A stretch of DNA of 64,000 bases, taken from positions 76,490,849 through 76,554,848 of the forward strand of contig NC_057719.1 in assembly GCF_004010195.1 (NCBI RefSeq). Reading direction: 5' to 3'. The DNA is from Chiloscyllium plagiosum. Taxonomy: Eukaryota. Below, in pieces: positions 39,600 through 52,629 of the stretch (its first letter is position 1; each line of letters begins with the position of its first letter). Made by a program: the position numbers and the translations under genes. The notes beneath the pieces were generated by a model that saw only the letters and a program-made list of their open reading frames with translations, was not told where the DNA came from and ran no database searches.

Positions 39600-42045
39600 A
39601 CCTAAGGCATTCCTCAGGGAAATTAATCCTTTAACAAGATTGTTTATTTATGTCCATGGGTATTTCATACATTTTAAGGTCAATACAGGAACAAGTGTCA
39701 TCATTCTGTCAGATCCGATTCCGTGGCTGAAGAAACAGAAGTTATAGTTTATTAAGCTTACACTATATGTTCCAGGAGTAACAACTCCAGAGATTAAAGA
39801 TGTGCTATGATTAACACTAGCAGTGAACAAGAGTACTGAAAATATACACGTGGTTCAGAATCAATCCTGTCACCTTTGAACTCACTTACATGTCTTGGCC
39901 TCAACATCCTTAAGATAGCAGAAAAAATTTGACTAGTTCTCCAAGAACAAGTTCAGAAGCAAACTGTAATCAGCCAACAGGTTAAGGAGCAATTGGTAGA
40001 AGATGTAATTGGGCTGCCTAAATTTCTGGCAGAACTCCAAAATGTAGAAAAAAACAAATGAATAAAGATTACCTCTAATGGCAAAAAGGAAATGTTTCAT
40101 ATGGCCAAGAGGACCCAGTGGCCTTCTAGTGAAAAGAGGCTCCAACAGATTCTTCCAGAACCAAAGGGTAACCAAATGTGCCACCATTTGCCAGTTTTGT
40201 GTTGAAGACTAAAAATCCAGTGAGGTGGCTGAGAATACATAGTTTAAGCACCGAGAGCATTTCAGAATTATTGCTGACGTGGGGTCTGAAGACTAGTCAC
40301 TCGAGCATCCCTTCAGGAAGAGATGTTGGAAAGAATACATTATGGACATTTGGACATTACCAGGTGTACAGCTGAAGCTCAGACAGTGGTGTGATTGGCA
40401 AGGGTCTCAAAAGATCTGTTAACTCATTGCAAAGCCTGGGAACCATTAGCTTGGAAAATACTTCCATCATTGCTGAAGATCGAGCAGGAAATAAGTCTCC
40501 AGAGTTTGACTAAAGAAACAAAGCCCAGCAACCTGATAGAAGTTTAAAAAGTCATGAGGGGCATGGATAGAATAAATAGACAAAGTATTTTCCCTGGGGT
40601 GGGGGAGTCCTCAAAACTAGAGGTTATAGGTTCAGGGTGAGAGGGGAAAGGGACCTAAGGGGCAACATTTTCACACAAAGGGTGGTGTGTGTCTGGAATG
40701 AGCTGCCAGAGGAAGTGGTGGAGGCTGGTACAAATACAGCATTTAAAAGGCATCTGGATGGGTATATAAATAGGAAGGGTTTAGACTGGTATGGGCCAAG
40801 TGCTGGCAAATGGGACTAGATTAGGTTAGGATGTCTGGTCGGCATGGACAAGTTGGACCGAAGGATCTCTATGACTCTAGCATGAGTTAGCAGTAAAACC
40901 CCTCTGACATCCTTTTGAGGAATCATTGACTGATCTTGTTCAGACAACAGGACACTATAGTAAACAAACTGATATAGCAGATTTGACTGTGAAGATCAAT
41001 AATGAGATAACACAGGTTCAAGAGCAACATTTCAAACCTTTAGTGACAGAAATAATTGTTAATTAAGCAGCAAACCTCCAATAACACGACTGAGGATGTG
41101 AACGTGTCTCCTTCACTAGAAAGACATCCACAGGAGGCAACTTAAGACATCTAACGTATTGAAAAAGTTGAAGCAAAAAGCCTACAGGTCCCAACACAAG
41201 ATGTATCAGCAGGTTGAGAGTAAAGAGTCACTTGAACAAAATGGAGATGAGCTGCATTATGATTCCATGGAAATCTGAGCCATGTCTACAGATGCAGGAC
41301 ATAGTGCAAAAGAGGAGATTTCTTGGTTTGAACATCTGGGATACTGCGAAAAAAAAGTTCCGAATCAAAAAGCAACTTCCTCATCCTGAAACCCAGATTT
41401 GTACTAAAAGGTATTCATTTAATCAGAGTTGCTGTCTTCCATGATGGATATTCATGAGATGAAAGATCTCTTTCCTCCACCTCCCAGATGAGGTTTAAGA
41501 GCCTTGATATGAGTCATCAGGGAAGAGTTCCTTTGTGAAGAAAATTCCAGCCATTGTAAGGGTCCTCCAGATAAAGTAAACAGACAAACTGCTGGGCTTA
41601 TCAGGAACTGCATTCTCCACAAGTAGCATCCAAGAAATAAAAAATCCTCCACTGTAGATTCACAGTACACTCAAGGTCAAGATCAGATTCAGGATGAATA
41701 GTCCTCAAGACAAAGACCTACCAATCTTCCAAGTCAGAAGGGAGTGTTTTCCAGAAGAATTGTGCAAAATCCAGACTTCCAGTATTTGTGTCAGAAAATC
41801 TGAGGGGGTGGGATGTGAGACTGGGTAGTGGTCAATGTCAAAGTATGATGTCTAAGTGTTTAGTATAAAATTAAAGCACAGCTTGTGGAACGATGTTGTA
41901 TAAGGTATTACTTCTGGAAGAGTTAACGTTGAAGTTCATTCAATGTCACTCAATCTTATATGTTACCCAGTCTTTGGGTGGAGAATTGGGCAGTCTTGCT
42001 TGAGATCCTGGGTTCCTGTCCATCTTAAGTAATTATACCTAACGA
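39600..42045 (+). mobile_element. Ty3/Gypsy LTR-retrotransposon remnant
   Basis: Manual translation: IYVHGYFIHFKVNTGTSVIILS (~39646, protease DTG-like) and RLVTRASLQEEMLERIHYGHLDITRC (~40290, integrase zinc-binding region). A purine tract gagggggtggga is followed by TG at ~41802-41816. Confidence 0.6.
40530..40880 (+). mobile_element. CR1-type LINE 3' end nested in a Gypsy remnant
   Basis: FTQRVVCVWNELPEEVVEAGTNTAFKRHLDGY. Confidence 0.85.
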
Positions 42046-42139
42046 GTCAGTGTAACTTGTGCCCACTGCTAGTGTGTAATGAACTAACTCTTCTTCTGTA
42101 AGATAAGTTGCTATTTTCATTAACACCAGTACTGGGGAA

Positions 42140-44960
42140 GGAGGGAGCTGTTCTAATGGGACAAGCTTTCCCTCAATCATGCTCGGACTGGCATCCTGGC
42201 AAATTGCATAACTAAGGCTGTGGCCAGGGCTTTAAAATAAATTGGAGAGAGAAGGGGAGTGGAAGTCAGTTGCATGGAAGATTTTGCACAAAGTTAAAGG
42301 GGAAGAGGGTTCAGGAGAGATTACTAAAGTTTCCAGAACAAGTGATAGGATAGAGAGTATGGAATGGGTTTGGAATATAGCTTCAGGCATAGCAAATAAG
42401 GGGAAAACTATGAGAAGAGATGTGCTCACTGCAGGACTGTGAGAGCATTATACTAAAATACACGCTGTATATGAAACAATGTAAATGAGCTTGCAGCACA
42501 GATTGAAATTGATGGGTACAATGTTGTGGGTATCAGAGAGACTTGGGGATCAGGGGTTGCAAACTAAAAATCCAAAGATCCACATCCTACTGAAAGGACA
42601 GGCAGGTGTACAGCAGGGGCCGTGTTAATAAGAAATGAAATTAAATCAATTGAAGCATACAGGGTCAGAAGATGTACAATCTTTGAGAAGAATTGAGGAA
42701 CCACAAAGGAGAAAGGACTCTGATGGGAGTTATATATGGACCTCCTAGCAGTAGTGAGGATATGGGGCAGAAAATAAATAAAGAGATAGGCATTATTACA
42801 ATAAACATATGGGACTTCATTATACAGGTGGACTGGGAAAATAAGGTTGGTATCTAGTAAATGAAATCATTGAATGTCTACAAGTTGCTTCTTGGAGCAG
42901 CTTGTGGTAGAACCAGTGGGAAACAGGCAATTCTGGATTTGATGATGTGTAATGAGGCAGACTTGATTAGGGAGGTTAAGGTGAAGGAACCCCTAGGGGC
43001 CGTGACCAAAATATGATAGAATTCACCCTGAAGTTCGAGAGGGAGAAGCTGGAATCAGATGTAATGGTATTACAATTGATTAAGTGTAACCCCAAAGACA
43101 TGAGGGAGGAGCTGGCCAGAGTTGATTGGAAGGGGAGCATGATAGGGAAGACAGTGGAGCAGTGATGATTGAGGTTTCTGGGGTAGTTTGGGAGAAAGAG
43201 CAGAAATTCATCCCAAGGAAGAAGAACTGTACTAAAGGGAGGATGAGGCAACTGTGGGAAGTTGCTGACTGCATAAAATCAAGAAAAAGCCTACAATGTG
43301 GTGAAGGTGTGGGAAGCCTTTAAAAACCAGCAGAGGACAATAATTTAAAAACAAATGGCAAAAAGATGAAATGTTAGGGTAAGCTAGCTAGCAATATAAA
43401 AGAATATTGCAAGTGATTTTCAGGATATATAAAGGATTAGAGAGAGGCAAGCATAGATATTGGACCACTGGAGAGGAATTGAATAGGTATTTTGCATCAG
43501 TTTTCAGTGGAAGACAGTTGTAGCATCCCAGAACTTCAAGAAAGTAAGGGAACAATAGTAGCCATCACTAAGGAGAGGTTGCTGGGGAAACTGCAGGTTC
43601 TGAAGGTGAATAAATCACTTGGACCAGATGGACGACACTCCAAGATTCTGAAGGAGATAGCTGAGGGGATTGTGGAGGCATTGCCGGTGGTCCTTCAGGA
43701 GTCACTGGAGTCAGCAAGGTCCCAGAGCACAGGAAAATGGCTAATGTAGCACTCCTGTTTAAGAAGGGAGGGAGGCAGAAGGCAGGAAATTTTAGGCCGG
43801 TTCGCCTAATCTCGTCCATTGGTAAGACTTTAGAATAGGTTATTAAGGACGAGATTGCGGAGTACTTGGAGGAACATGGTAAGATAGGCCTAAGTCAGCA
43901 CTGCTCCTTCAAGGGGAGATCATGTCTGACAAACCATTAGAATTGTTTGAGGAGATAATGAGCAAGCTAAACAAAGGAGAGCCAGTGGACATGATCTGTT
44001 TGAATTTCCAGAATGCTTTTGACAAGATGCTACATAGGAGTCTGCTAAATAAGGTAATAGCTCTTGTGGTGTTGGAGGCAAGATACTGGCATGGATAGAG
44101 GAATGTCTGACTGGAAGACTGGCAGATGGTGGCGATAAAGGGGTTTTTAATATTGGAGCTCTGCAGAGGTCAATATTGGGACCATAACTGTTCAAGTTAT
44201 ACATTAACAATCTGGACAAAGGAATTGAGGGCATTGTTGCAAAGTTTGAAGATGACACAAAGATGGGTGGAGTGACAGGTAGCGTTTAGGGAGTGGGGAG
44301 GCTGCAGAAGGACTTTGGATATGCTAAGTGAGTTGGCAAAGAGGTAGCAGATGAAATGCAGCTTGGGAAAGTAGGAACGTTATGCACTTTGATACAAAGA
44401 ATGCTGGCGTAAACTATTTTCTTATTTGGGAAAAGCTTCAGAAATCTGAAGCACAAAGGGATTTGGGAGTCCTAGTTCAGGATTCTCTTCAGGTTAATGT
44501 GCAGCTTCAATTGCTAGATAGGAAGGCAAGTGCAACATTAGCATACATTTTGAGAGGGTTAGAATACAGAACAAGGATGTACTGCTGAAGCTGTATAAGG
44601 CTTTGGTCAGACTACATGTGATATATTATAAATCGCATATCTAAGGAAGAATGTGCTAGCATTGGAGGGAGTCCAGAGGACACTAACAAGAATAATCTTG
44701 GGCAAGAATGGCTTGTCATATGAGGAGCAGTTGAGTACTCTGGGTCCAGAGGATGCCAGAGGGTGGTTAACCTGTGGAGGCTAAGTCATTGAGTATATTT
44801 AAGACCGAGATAGATAGGTTCTTGGTTAATAAGGGGATCAAAGGTTACAGAGAGAAGGCAGGAAAATGAGATTGAGAAACATATCAGCCATGCTCAAATG
44901 GCAGAGCAGAATCAATGGGCTGAATGGCTGGCTGAATTCTGCTCCCATATCTTTTGGTCT
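42140..44960 (+). mobile_element. CR1-type LINE, most of ORF2 (EN and RT), heavily decayed
   Basis: KVNKSLGPDGRHSKILKEIAEGIVEAL; SEAQRDLGVLVQDSL; 3' tail gggctgaatggc...tgctcccatatctt. Confidence 0.85.
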
Positions 44961-45282
44961 AATGGCCTTGCTGATAATTGTATATGTTCTTAGACTTACA
45001 CAGAAAGGTGGATTGATGATAGCACTATATCTCAGCCATGCAGAGCCCAATATGATGAGATGATAGGAGCAGGAGAGAACTCAGTTCAGCCAGAGCCTGC
45101 TGAAGCCAATGGCAAACCACTGCAGTACCTTGTCAAACGTAAACATGGACCAGCATGTGGCAGTCCACTCTCAGCACAGTCCTATCAGGGTGTGGTACCT
45201 GATGGAGAGAGAGCGAGCGTAGAATAGAAATTGCTGTTCTTTGTTCAGCCTTTTAAACGTCAAATTGTTCTTGGCCTGAGAG

Positions 45283-45633
45283 CATTACTTGGTAAGCCTG
45301 CATTTACCCATGCCTAATTTCCTAGAGGGAGGTTTAGAGTCAATCACATTGGTTGGGAAGGAACTTTACCATCCCATCTGGTCTGGAGTCATTTGTAGGT
45401 CAGACCAGATGGGATGGTAGATTTCCTTTCCTCAAGGACATTTCGTGAATGAGGTGGGCTTTTACAACAGTCAAGAAAAAGGTATATGGTTGCCATTAGG
45501 CCAACTCACTATCCAGATTGTTATTGAATACAAATCCCAGCACCTGCCATGATTTGAACTCCTGACCCCAAAGCACTGGCTTGAAGTTCTGAATTGCTAG
45601 TTCAGTGACATTCCTGCTTTACCCATGCCACCC
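45283..45633 (-). mobile_element. tRNA-derived SINE sharing its tail with the second LINE family
   Basis: Reverse B-box gatttgaactc near 45551; other tRNA-headed SINE fragments at ~9130-9242 (-), ~39248-39350 (+) and ~49810-50010 (-). Confidence 0.5.
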
Positions 45634-45950
45634 TGGTGGCTCAGTGGTTAGCACTGCTGCCTCTTAGCACCAGGAATCTGAGTTTGATTCCAGCCTTGAG
45701 TGACTGCCTCTATGAAGTTTGCACATTTTCTCTCTGTCTGTGTGGGTTTCCTCCCACAGTCCAAAGATGTGCAGGTTAATTGAATTGGCTATGGGAAATT
45801 GCCCTGTAGTGTCCAGGGATGTGTAGATTAGATGTGCTAACCATAGGAAATATAGGGTAGGGGGTTGGATCTGTGTATGATGCTCTTCAGAGGATTGGTA
45901 TGTGCTAGTTGGGCCGAATGGCCTGTTTCCACATTGTATGGATTCCTGTA
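45634..45950 (+). mobile_element. HE1-like V-SINE
   Basis: tggtggctcagtggttagcactgctgcctc...ggcctgtttccacattgtatggattc. Confidence 0.85.
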
Positions 45951-46048
45951 AAATTCTAATAAAACAACTTTTAAAAGACATGCTACTTTGCATATCACAT
46001 TGCTCTCTTTTTTTAAAAAAAGTGAAAAATACCAGTAAGCTGAGTAAA

Positions 46049-46356
46049 TTAGATTCCCTACAGTGTGGAAACAGGCCCTTTGGCTCAACCAGTCCACACC
46101 GACCCTCTAAAGAGTAACTTACCCAGACCCATTTCCTTCTGACTAATGCACCTAAGACTATGGGCAATTTGGCACGGCCAATCCACCTGACCTGCACATC
46201 TTTGGATTGTTGGAGGAAACCGGAGCACCCGGAGGAAACCCACGCAGACACGGGGAGAATGTGCAAACTCCACACAGTCACCCAAGGCTGGAATTGAACC
46301 TTGGACCCTGGTGCTGTGTGGTAGCAGTGCTAACCACTGAACCATCGTGCCGTCCC
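46049..46356 (-). mobile_element. HE1-like V-SINE
   Basis: Full-length reverse-complement copy, tail-to-tail with 45634-45950. Confidence 0.9.
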
Positions 46357-46586
46357 TATTCTGTAAATAGTAATGAAATTGAATGAAAAATACATTAGTC
46401 GTTTGTAAGTTACCTAGTTTGATGAGGATGACCTTGATTGATGTGTGTTCTCTTTCACCGTAATGGAACTTCCCCTTGCATTTATCCGGTACTAAACAAT
46501 CCTAGGTGTGCCAGAATCACCGTAATATGTGCAGTTCCTTGTTACAAATTTCATTATTTTTTGTGTTCGTGCTCCAGCATGCTTGA

Positions 46587-46850
<264 letters not shown>

Positions 46851-49800
46851 TAAAACGGCGGGAGTTAAAGAGCATATTTTATGTGTGAGGGGATATATAC
46901 ACAGTTAAGTATCTTCATCATTTTGATTGACGCTCAAAATGAACAGCATTTGTTTTCCAAAAAAGAGAGAAAAATGTGCACTCTCTGTTTCATATGAAGC
47001 TCTGGGTTAAGAATCTAACATATCACATGCTTGCTTTAACCGATTGCTGGAGGGCTGTTGCCTTTGAATAGTGTTGTCTTATCTGTCTTATTGTGTGAAA
47101 ACTGGTGCACAAGTCTGTGCCTCCCTTAGATCAAGCATGGATGTGACTTTTACCAGTTGGTGGTGAAAGGTGTACAATATATAATTGTCATATTTAGAAG
47201 CGGCATTTTAAAATAGAGACAAAGGAAGTTTGAGTCCAGTGAAGGTTTTTGATTTAAAAAGGTGAAAGTCTGGCATATGCTGCCTTGGAATGTAGTGAAG
47301 ACCGGTTCAAGCCATGACATACAAGGGGGAGTTGGATTATTATCTGATAAGTAGGAATGTACAGGGTTGTGGAGAGTGCAGGGGAGGGAGTAGCACTAGA
47401 CAAGTTGCTCTACACAGACATGGTGAACTGAAAAGCCTCCTTCTGCTCTTCAGCATTGAAACACAGAAAATAAAAGCAGGAGTAGGCTGTTTGGCCCCTC
47501 TTTGAGCCTGCTCCATCATTCTCTATGATCATGGCTGATGATCTAACTCAGTACCCTGGTCTGCTTTTTCCCCATAACCCATCGCTCTAAGAACAATGTT
47601 TTGGTCTCCATCACTTTTTGTGGCTGCCAATTTCACAGGCAATTCTGTAATTCTAAAGTAGTGAGAGGGTGAACAGGGAGGAAATCTCTCTAATGCAAAT
47701 AGATTGAGACAATTGAAATCAACCCATTTTGTGACAAGAAAGCGTTATTTCTGATCTTTCTGACTAATTTTACACATCATTGATGAATCTAACGTGTATC
47801 CTGAGCTTCACAATTCTTGGTGTGATACCATGGTAACAAATGATCAGGTAGTGAAGGTTAAGAGCACCATTGTTCCTTCATAATAACACTGGAACAAGCA
47901 CCACATCAGGCATCTATTTCCCAGCTGGCTGTGGACAGATGTTTTAGAATGTAAAGCTGGGTAGCTAGGAACAACTGATGATTAATTGTGCAGCTTTAAG
48001 ACCATGGAACAGTTCAGCAGTCTTTACTTCCACTGGGTAACATAGCAGAGGTAGATTGGAACAGTTGAAATCAATTCTTTTCAGTACAAGAAAATATGTT
48101 ATCTTTGATTGTTCTGAGCAATTTTACACAATATCGAGGGAACTGATGGGTATCTAGAGTTTCATCAGCCTATCACAGGTACTCTGAATTTGCTATTAAG
48201 ATAATATAGTTCTGTGACCAAGCCAGCACTGTTCAATACACCAAATCTCAGTGGAATATTTTGAATAATCAGTAGGTTTCCAAACACAGTCATTTCTCAA
48301 AGTTAATATTTATCCTTCAGGTGTTTAAATTTAATGACTTTTTGGTTACTCATCTAATTGTTTCTGGAGTCTAGACCAAGGAACATACGATTGATAACTT
48401 CAACTGGAAACAAACTGTTCTAAATGTTGTTTAATTGTAATTGTGTTCAATGTTTATCTACAGAAACTCTCAACTTTATGAAAGTGTCTTTAAGAGGTGC
48501 AGGAGTTGGGCCAATGCTGTACGTAGGATAGAACAAATAAGTGCGTGAAATTACAATTGATCCTTGACAGTCGATCAATCTTCTCAATTTTAATACCTTT
48601 TGTTATTTATCTTTAGTCAATCCAAACCCAGCACGAGTTAGTGAAGCCACGCTGCATCTTTTAGTTTCAATTCCACCCTTTGTGACAAGCTTGCTTATAC
48701 ACACAATAACTAGTTTATATATATGTATCAGGGAACATTTGGGTTGGTTGAGAAGTTAGTGTTAACAATCTTAATCTTGACCCTCCTCCACTCCACTCTG
48801 ATTTTACGAAAGGCTATATGGGGAAAGCAAACCACTAACTCCATGCCCAGGAGGTCAGCTAATTGGCAATTTTAAATAAAAGAATGAGGCTATCGGGAAT
48901 ATATTAATCATTTCATACTTTTTGTTCTGGCCAGGAATTCCACTGGTTGAAGTGAGTTCAAGTCTGCTGATTCTGAAGGTATGTGGCTTTCCAGTGAGCT
49001 GGTGAATCCAGTGTAGCTGGACTTGCTGCATTCAGAAGCTACTTCATCCCCAATTCTTTCGATCTTCTCAATGAGACTCCAATTTCACCCCGCCCTCTCA
49101 CCCTGCACCAGATCTCCACGTCCCCTCTGAAGGGTTCTGATCTCAATATCCACACACCCCTTCCTCCACCAGTTCCTGAAGCCTCCATAAAGTGTATGAC
49201 ACCCTCCATCCAGGCTCCAATCCCTAACTCCTCTAATTTCCCACCCATCTCCAAGCATCCTCCCAGGATCCGACATTACGTGCACATGCACACCCTTCCA
49301 CCTCATGGCCCTGATCCCACGATCCCTTTTGGCAACCAAACCTTTCACGAAATCACAAAAATTGAACCTCCCACACCAGACCCAACTTGTCCGCGTGTCC
49401 ACCCCCCATAAAAAGAAAACAATGTTTGTCCCATTAACATTGTGAACTTATCAAACTCCACGTAGACTAGGAAAGCTCAGGTTTAAGTCCTTGACTGTGC
49501 TTGCTTCAGCTGATCTCAACAGAGATGGTTTTGAAGGTCACACTACTGATTCTACTCAGGAAGGAGGAAAATTTGCGAGAGCACCCTTGACACTTCAACC
49601 TTGATGAAGCATGTAGGAGGGAGCAATAATCCCCTTGAATCTGTTCCATTTCACATCATTCTAGACTACAACTGATTATCTACCTCAAAGCCATACTTAC
49701 GTCCTTTCCCAATATTCCTTGATGCCACTAGTAAGTAGAAATTTATCAATCTCTCTCATGAACTAACCTATTGTCTGAGCTGCCACAGTTTTGTTGATTA

Positions 49801-52400
49801 CCTTTTAATCAAGTTGCCATAGTCTTATCAGACCATAGGATTCCTCCCTCAATGGAGAGAGATGACTGGTGGTAGTTTCACCTGAGGGCCACTATACCTC
49901 AGACGAGGGCGAAAAGGTTGAGAATGTAACCTCCACTGGTGAGGGGATTGAACCCATGCTGTTGGCAACACACTGCTTTGCAAACCAATCATCCAGGCAA
50001 CTGAGCTAATTGCCACTTAATACCTTACCTTTGTCACTCTAGCTTGGGACAACCCAATACGTTAACTAGAAACTATTACAGCTCAGGAGCCCCAACAGAA
50101 GGCTTTGAAAACAGTTTACTGTCGTCATCATCTGTGAGAATAACACACAATGTTACCACTAACTACTTCTGTCCTTAAGTGGCTTCACAACTTGGTGAAT
50201 CCTTAATCCTAAAAATACAATTGTAATGTTTGAATTTGTGACTGTTTACCGGCTGATGAATGCAAGTTCAGAAATCCCGGATTCGCCTTTTCTTTTCATC
50301 TGCAGGAAAGCTGTTTGTCAAATAATTCAGTTTTTTTTTGTTCAGACAAGCTTGATTGAGCACTTCCTTTCTCTCTATAGCATTGCTCAGGCACACATTG
50401 TCACCCAGTTACTGCAGTATGGGAATGGCCGGAAGGGAAAGGAACAGCATTAACCACCGAGGTGTAACAGTTACCGATTGTGGTTGGTGACCAGTTACAA
50501 CAATTGATGCCATTTGTTGAACAGTTCCTGTATCTTGTGGCCTGTATCTTGTTATATCAAGAACACAAAAAAAGGCACAAATCAAACTTTTGATCCTCCA
50601 CGGTGCTGCTAGGCCTCTAGACTCTCTTTCTATCTTTCTCTCTCTTGTCCCCTGTCCTGAGCCTCGCACAATTGTCTTTAGGTCCTGCTGTGGCTTGGGG
50701 TCCCTCTCGCTTTCTTCCTCGCTGCCTGGTCATTTCTGGTCTCTCCCTGGCCAGTATCACCACTCTCTCAGCTCCTTTAACATCTCTTACCACAGATGAG
50801 TCCTACTTTTCAGGAGTCTCACTGAGTCAGCTGCACTTCCGTAGCCCCTGTGCGTGCATGACTGAAGGCTGAGTGAGTGAGTTCATGAAGGAGGGCATGG
50901 TGAAGACTGGTCAGGTCGATGGGTGACCACTCACATGCAATAGATTCAACAGGCCTTCTCGCTTCAACTGTTTTCTGTTGAATGGATATGCGTTTGTCAG
51001 GCACCAGGGACTATGCTTCATTTGCTCCAATCTAATATCAAAACTAGTCTCTGTTTAGTCTTGTACTGTGGTCCAAGTAAGACAAATGAATTGTAAATGG
51101 GAATAGGCACCTTATTTAAAGCTGCTGTCTATTGCAGTTCTCGGGTTCGACTCATTTCTCTCAAATTTCCAAATGATGCATTTGATTTCATAATTTCATT
51201 AGATATAGGAGCAGAATTAGGCCATTCAGCCCATCAAGTCTGCTCCACTATTCAATCATGGCTGATATGATCTTCACCCCTATTTTCCTGCCTTCTCTCC
51301 ATATCCCTTCAACCCATTACCAATTAAACATCTGTCTATTTCCTCCTTAAATTTACTCACCGTCCCAGCATCCACCGCACTTTGGGGTAGTGATTGATCA
51401 GGGACAAATTAAATACCCACCGAAACAAGTCTACCAGCAGTCAGATGCTGTGTGTGAGTCACCTGGCCTTTACTACCCAGTGATAAAAGTAACATATGTA
51501 TAGAATGTACATGTAACCAACAGATGTATTAGAATGAAGGATCCCAATGCCTTTGGGAAATGGTGAATGAATGTTTAGTATTAGTATTTCTAACAAAAGT
51601 GGAGGTCAACATTCTGAAAATTCCAAGGAAGCTAATTATGAATCAAGCAATGGGACTCATCAAAATTAATATGAGCAAACTAACAGTAATGAAGAAAATA
51701 ATAGTGCGAAGGAGTGACAAGTCTCCAGGACTGAATGGTTTCTAGCTCAGGATTTTAAATGAACTAGGTGAGAACCTAACAGATGCCCTGCTTATTATCT
51801 CCAGCTTTCTGTCAATTTTGAACCATTTCAGGAGGATGGAAAATTGAAAATGCCGCTCTATTTGCTAAGAAATGCTTGAGAGAGGAATTTTGGGGCGGTT
51901 AGCTCATTATCTTTTAGGGAATTATTAGAGACAATAGTTAGAGATGATGGAACAACTTAAATTTTCAGCTGATCAGTAACATCTTTAATTGATCTCTTTT
52001 ATTCGAAAGATGGAGGTCAAGCCTGATGAACACGATTATACTTTTTTGAAGACGTGACTGCAGTAACAAAAAAAGGGATGGTCTTGGGATGTTTTTCGTG
52101 TGGACTTCAGAACACACATAACCCCTTTAGAGAAATTGTTAGCTAATGCTAAAGGATATATATGAGGTTAGAGAATCTTAAGACTGGAGAGTAATAGTCA
52201 AAAGATTCAAGCAGGGCTTTTTTGGAGTGAAATTGGTCAACACTTTTATATGCAACTGGTGGTAGAAGTTTGGAATTTTCTTGCCACAAATGGCAATTGA
52301 TGCCAGATTGGCTGGTACTTTTGTTATCACATAGTATTAGTGAAATGGATTTAAGTTCCAGATCAACTTTGATTTCGCTAAATGGCATGACTAGCTCGAG

Positions 52401-52629
52401 AGGAGAAAGTGAGGACTGCGCAGTAGGTTAAAATCTTCTAGGAGAAAGTGAGGACTGTGCAGTAGGTTAAAATCTTCTAGGAGAAAGTGAGGACTGTGCA
52501 GTAGGCTAAAATCTTCTAGGAGAAAGTGAGGACTGCGCAGTGGGTTAAAATCTTCTAGGAGAAAGTGAGGACTGTGCAGTAGGTTAAAATCTTCTAGGAG
52601 AAAGTGAGGACTGCGCAGTAGGTTAAAAT
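52401..52629. repeat. Tandem array, about 5.9 copies of a 39-bp unit, flanked by a 16-bp direct repeat
   Basis: Unit aggagaaagtgaggactgYgcagtaggttaaaatcttct starting at 52401, 52440, 52479, 52518, 52557 and 52596. tgactagctcgagagg occurs at 52388-52403 and 52630-52645. Confidence 0.95.

Noticed and set aside
45664..46281. 205-aa ORF, the longest in the track
   Set aside because: Chance read-through across two V-SINE copies; same for other SINE-derived ORFs such as 4324-4713 and 36357-36746.
49030..49410. Pro-rich and Gly/Trp-rich ORFs
   Set aside because: Low-complexity C-rich sequence with no domain or convincing splice signals; likewise 33601-34104 and 16995-17284.
52401..52629. CRISPR-like array
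   Set aside because: Units are near-identical with no unique spacers, there are no cas genes, and the context is a vertebrate genome.
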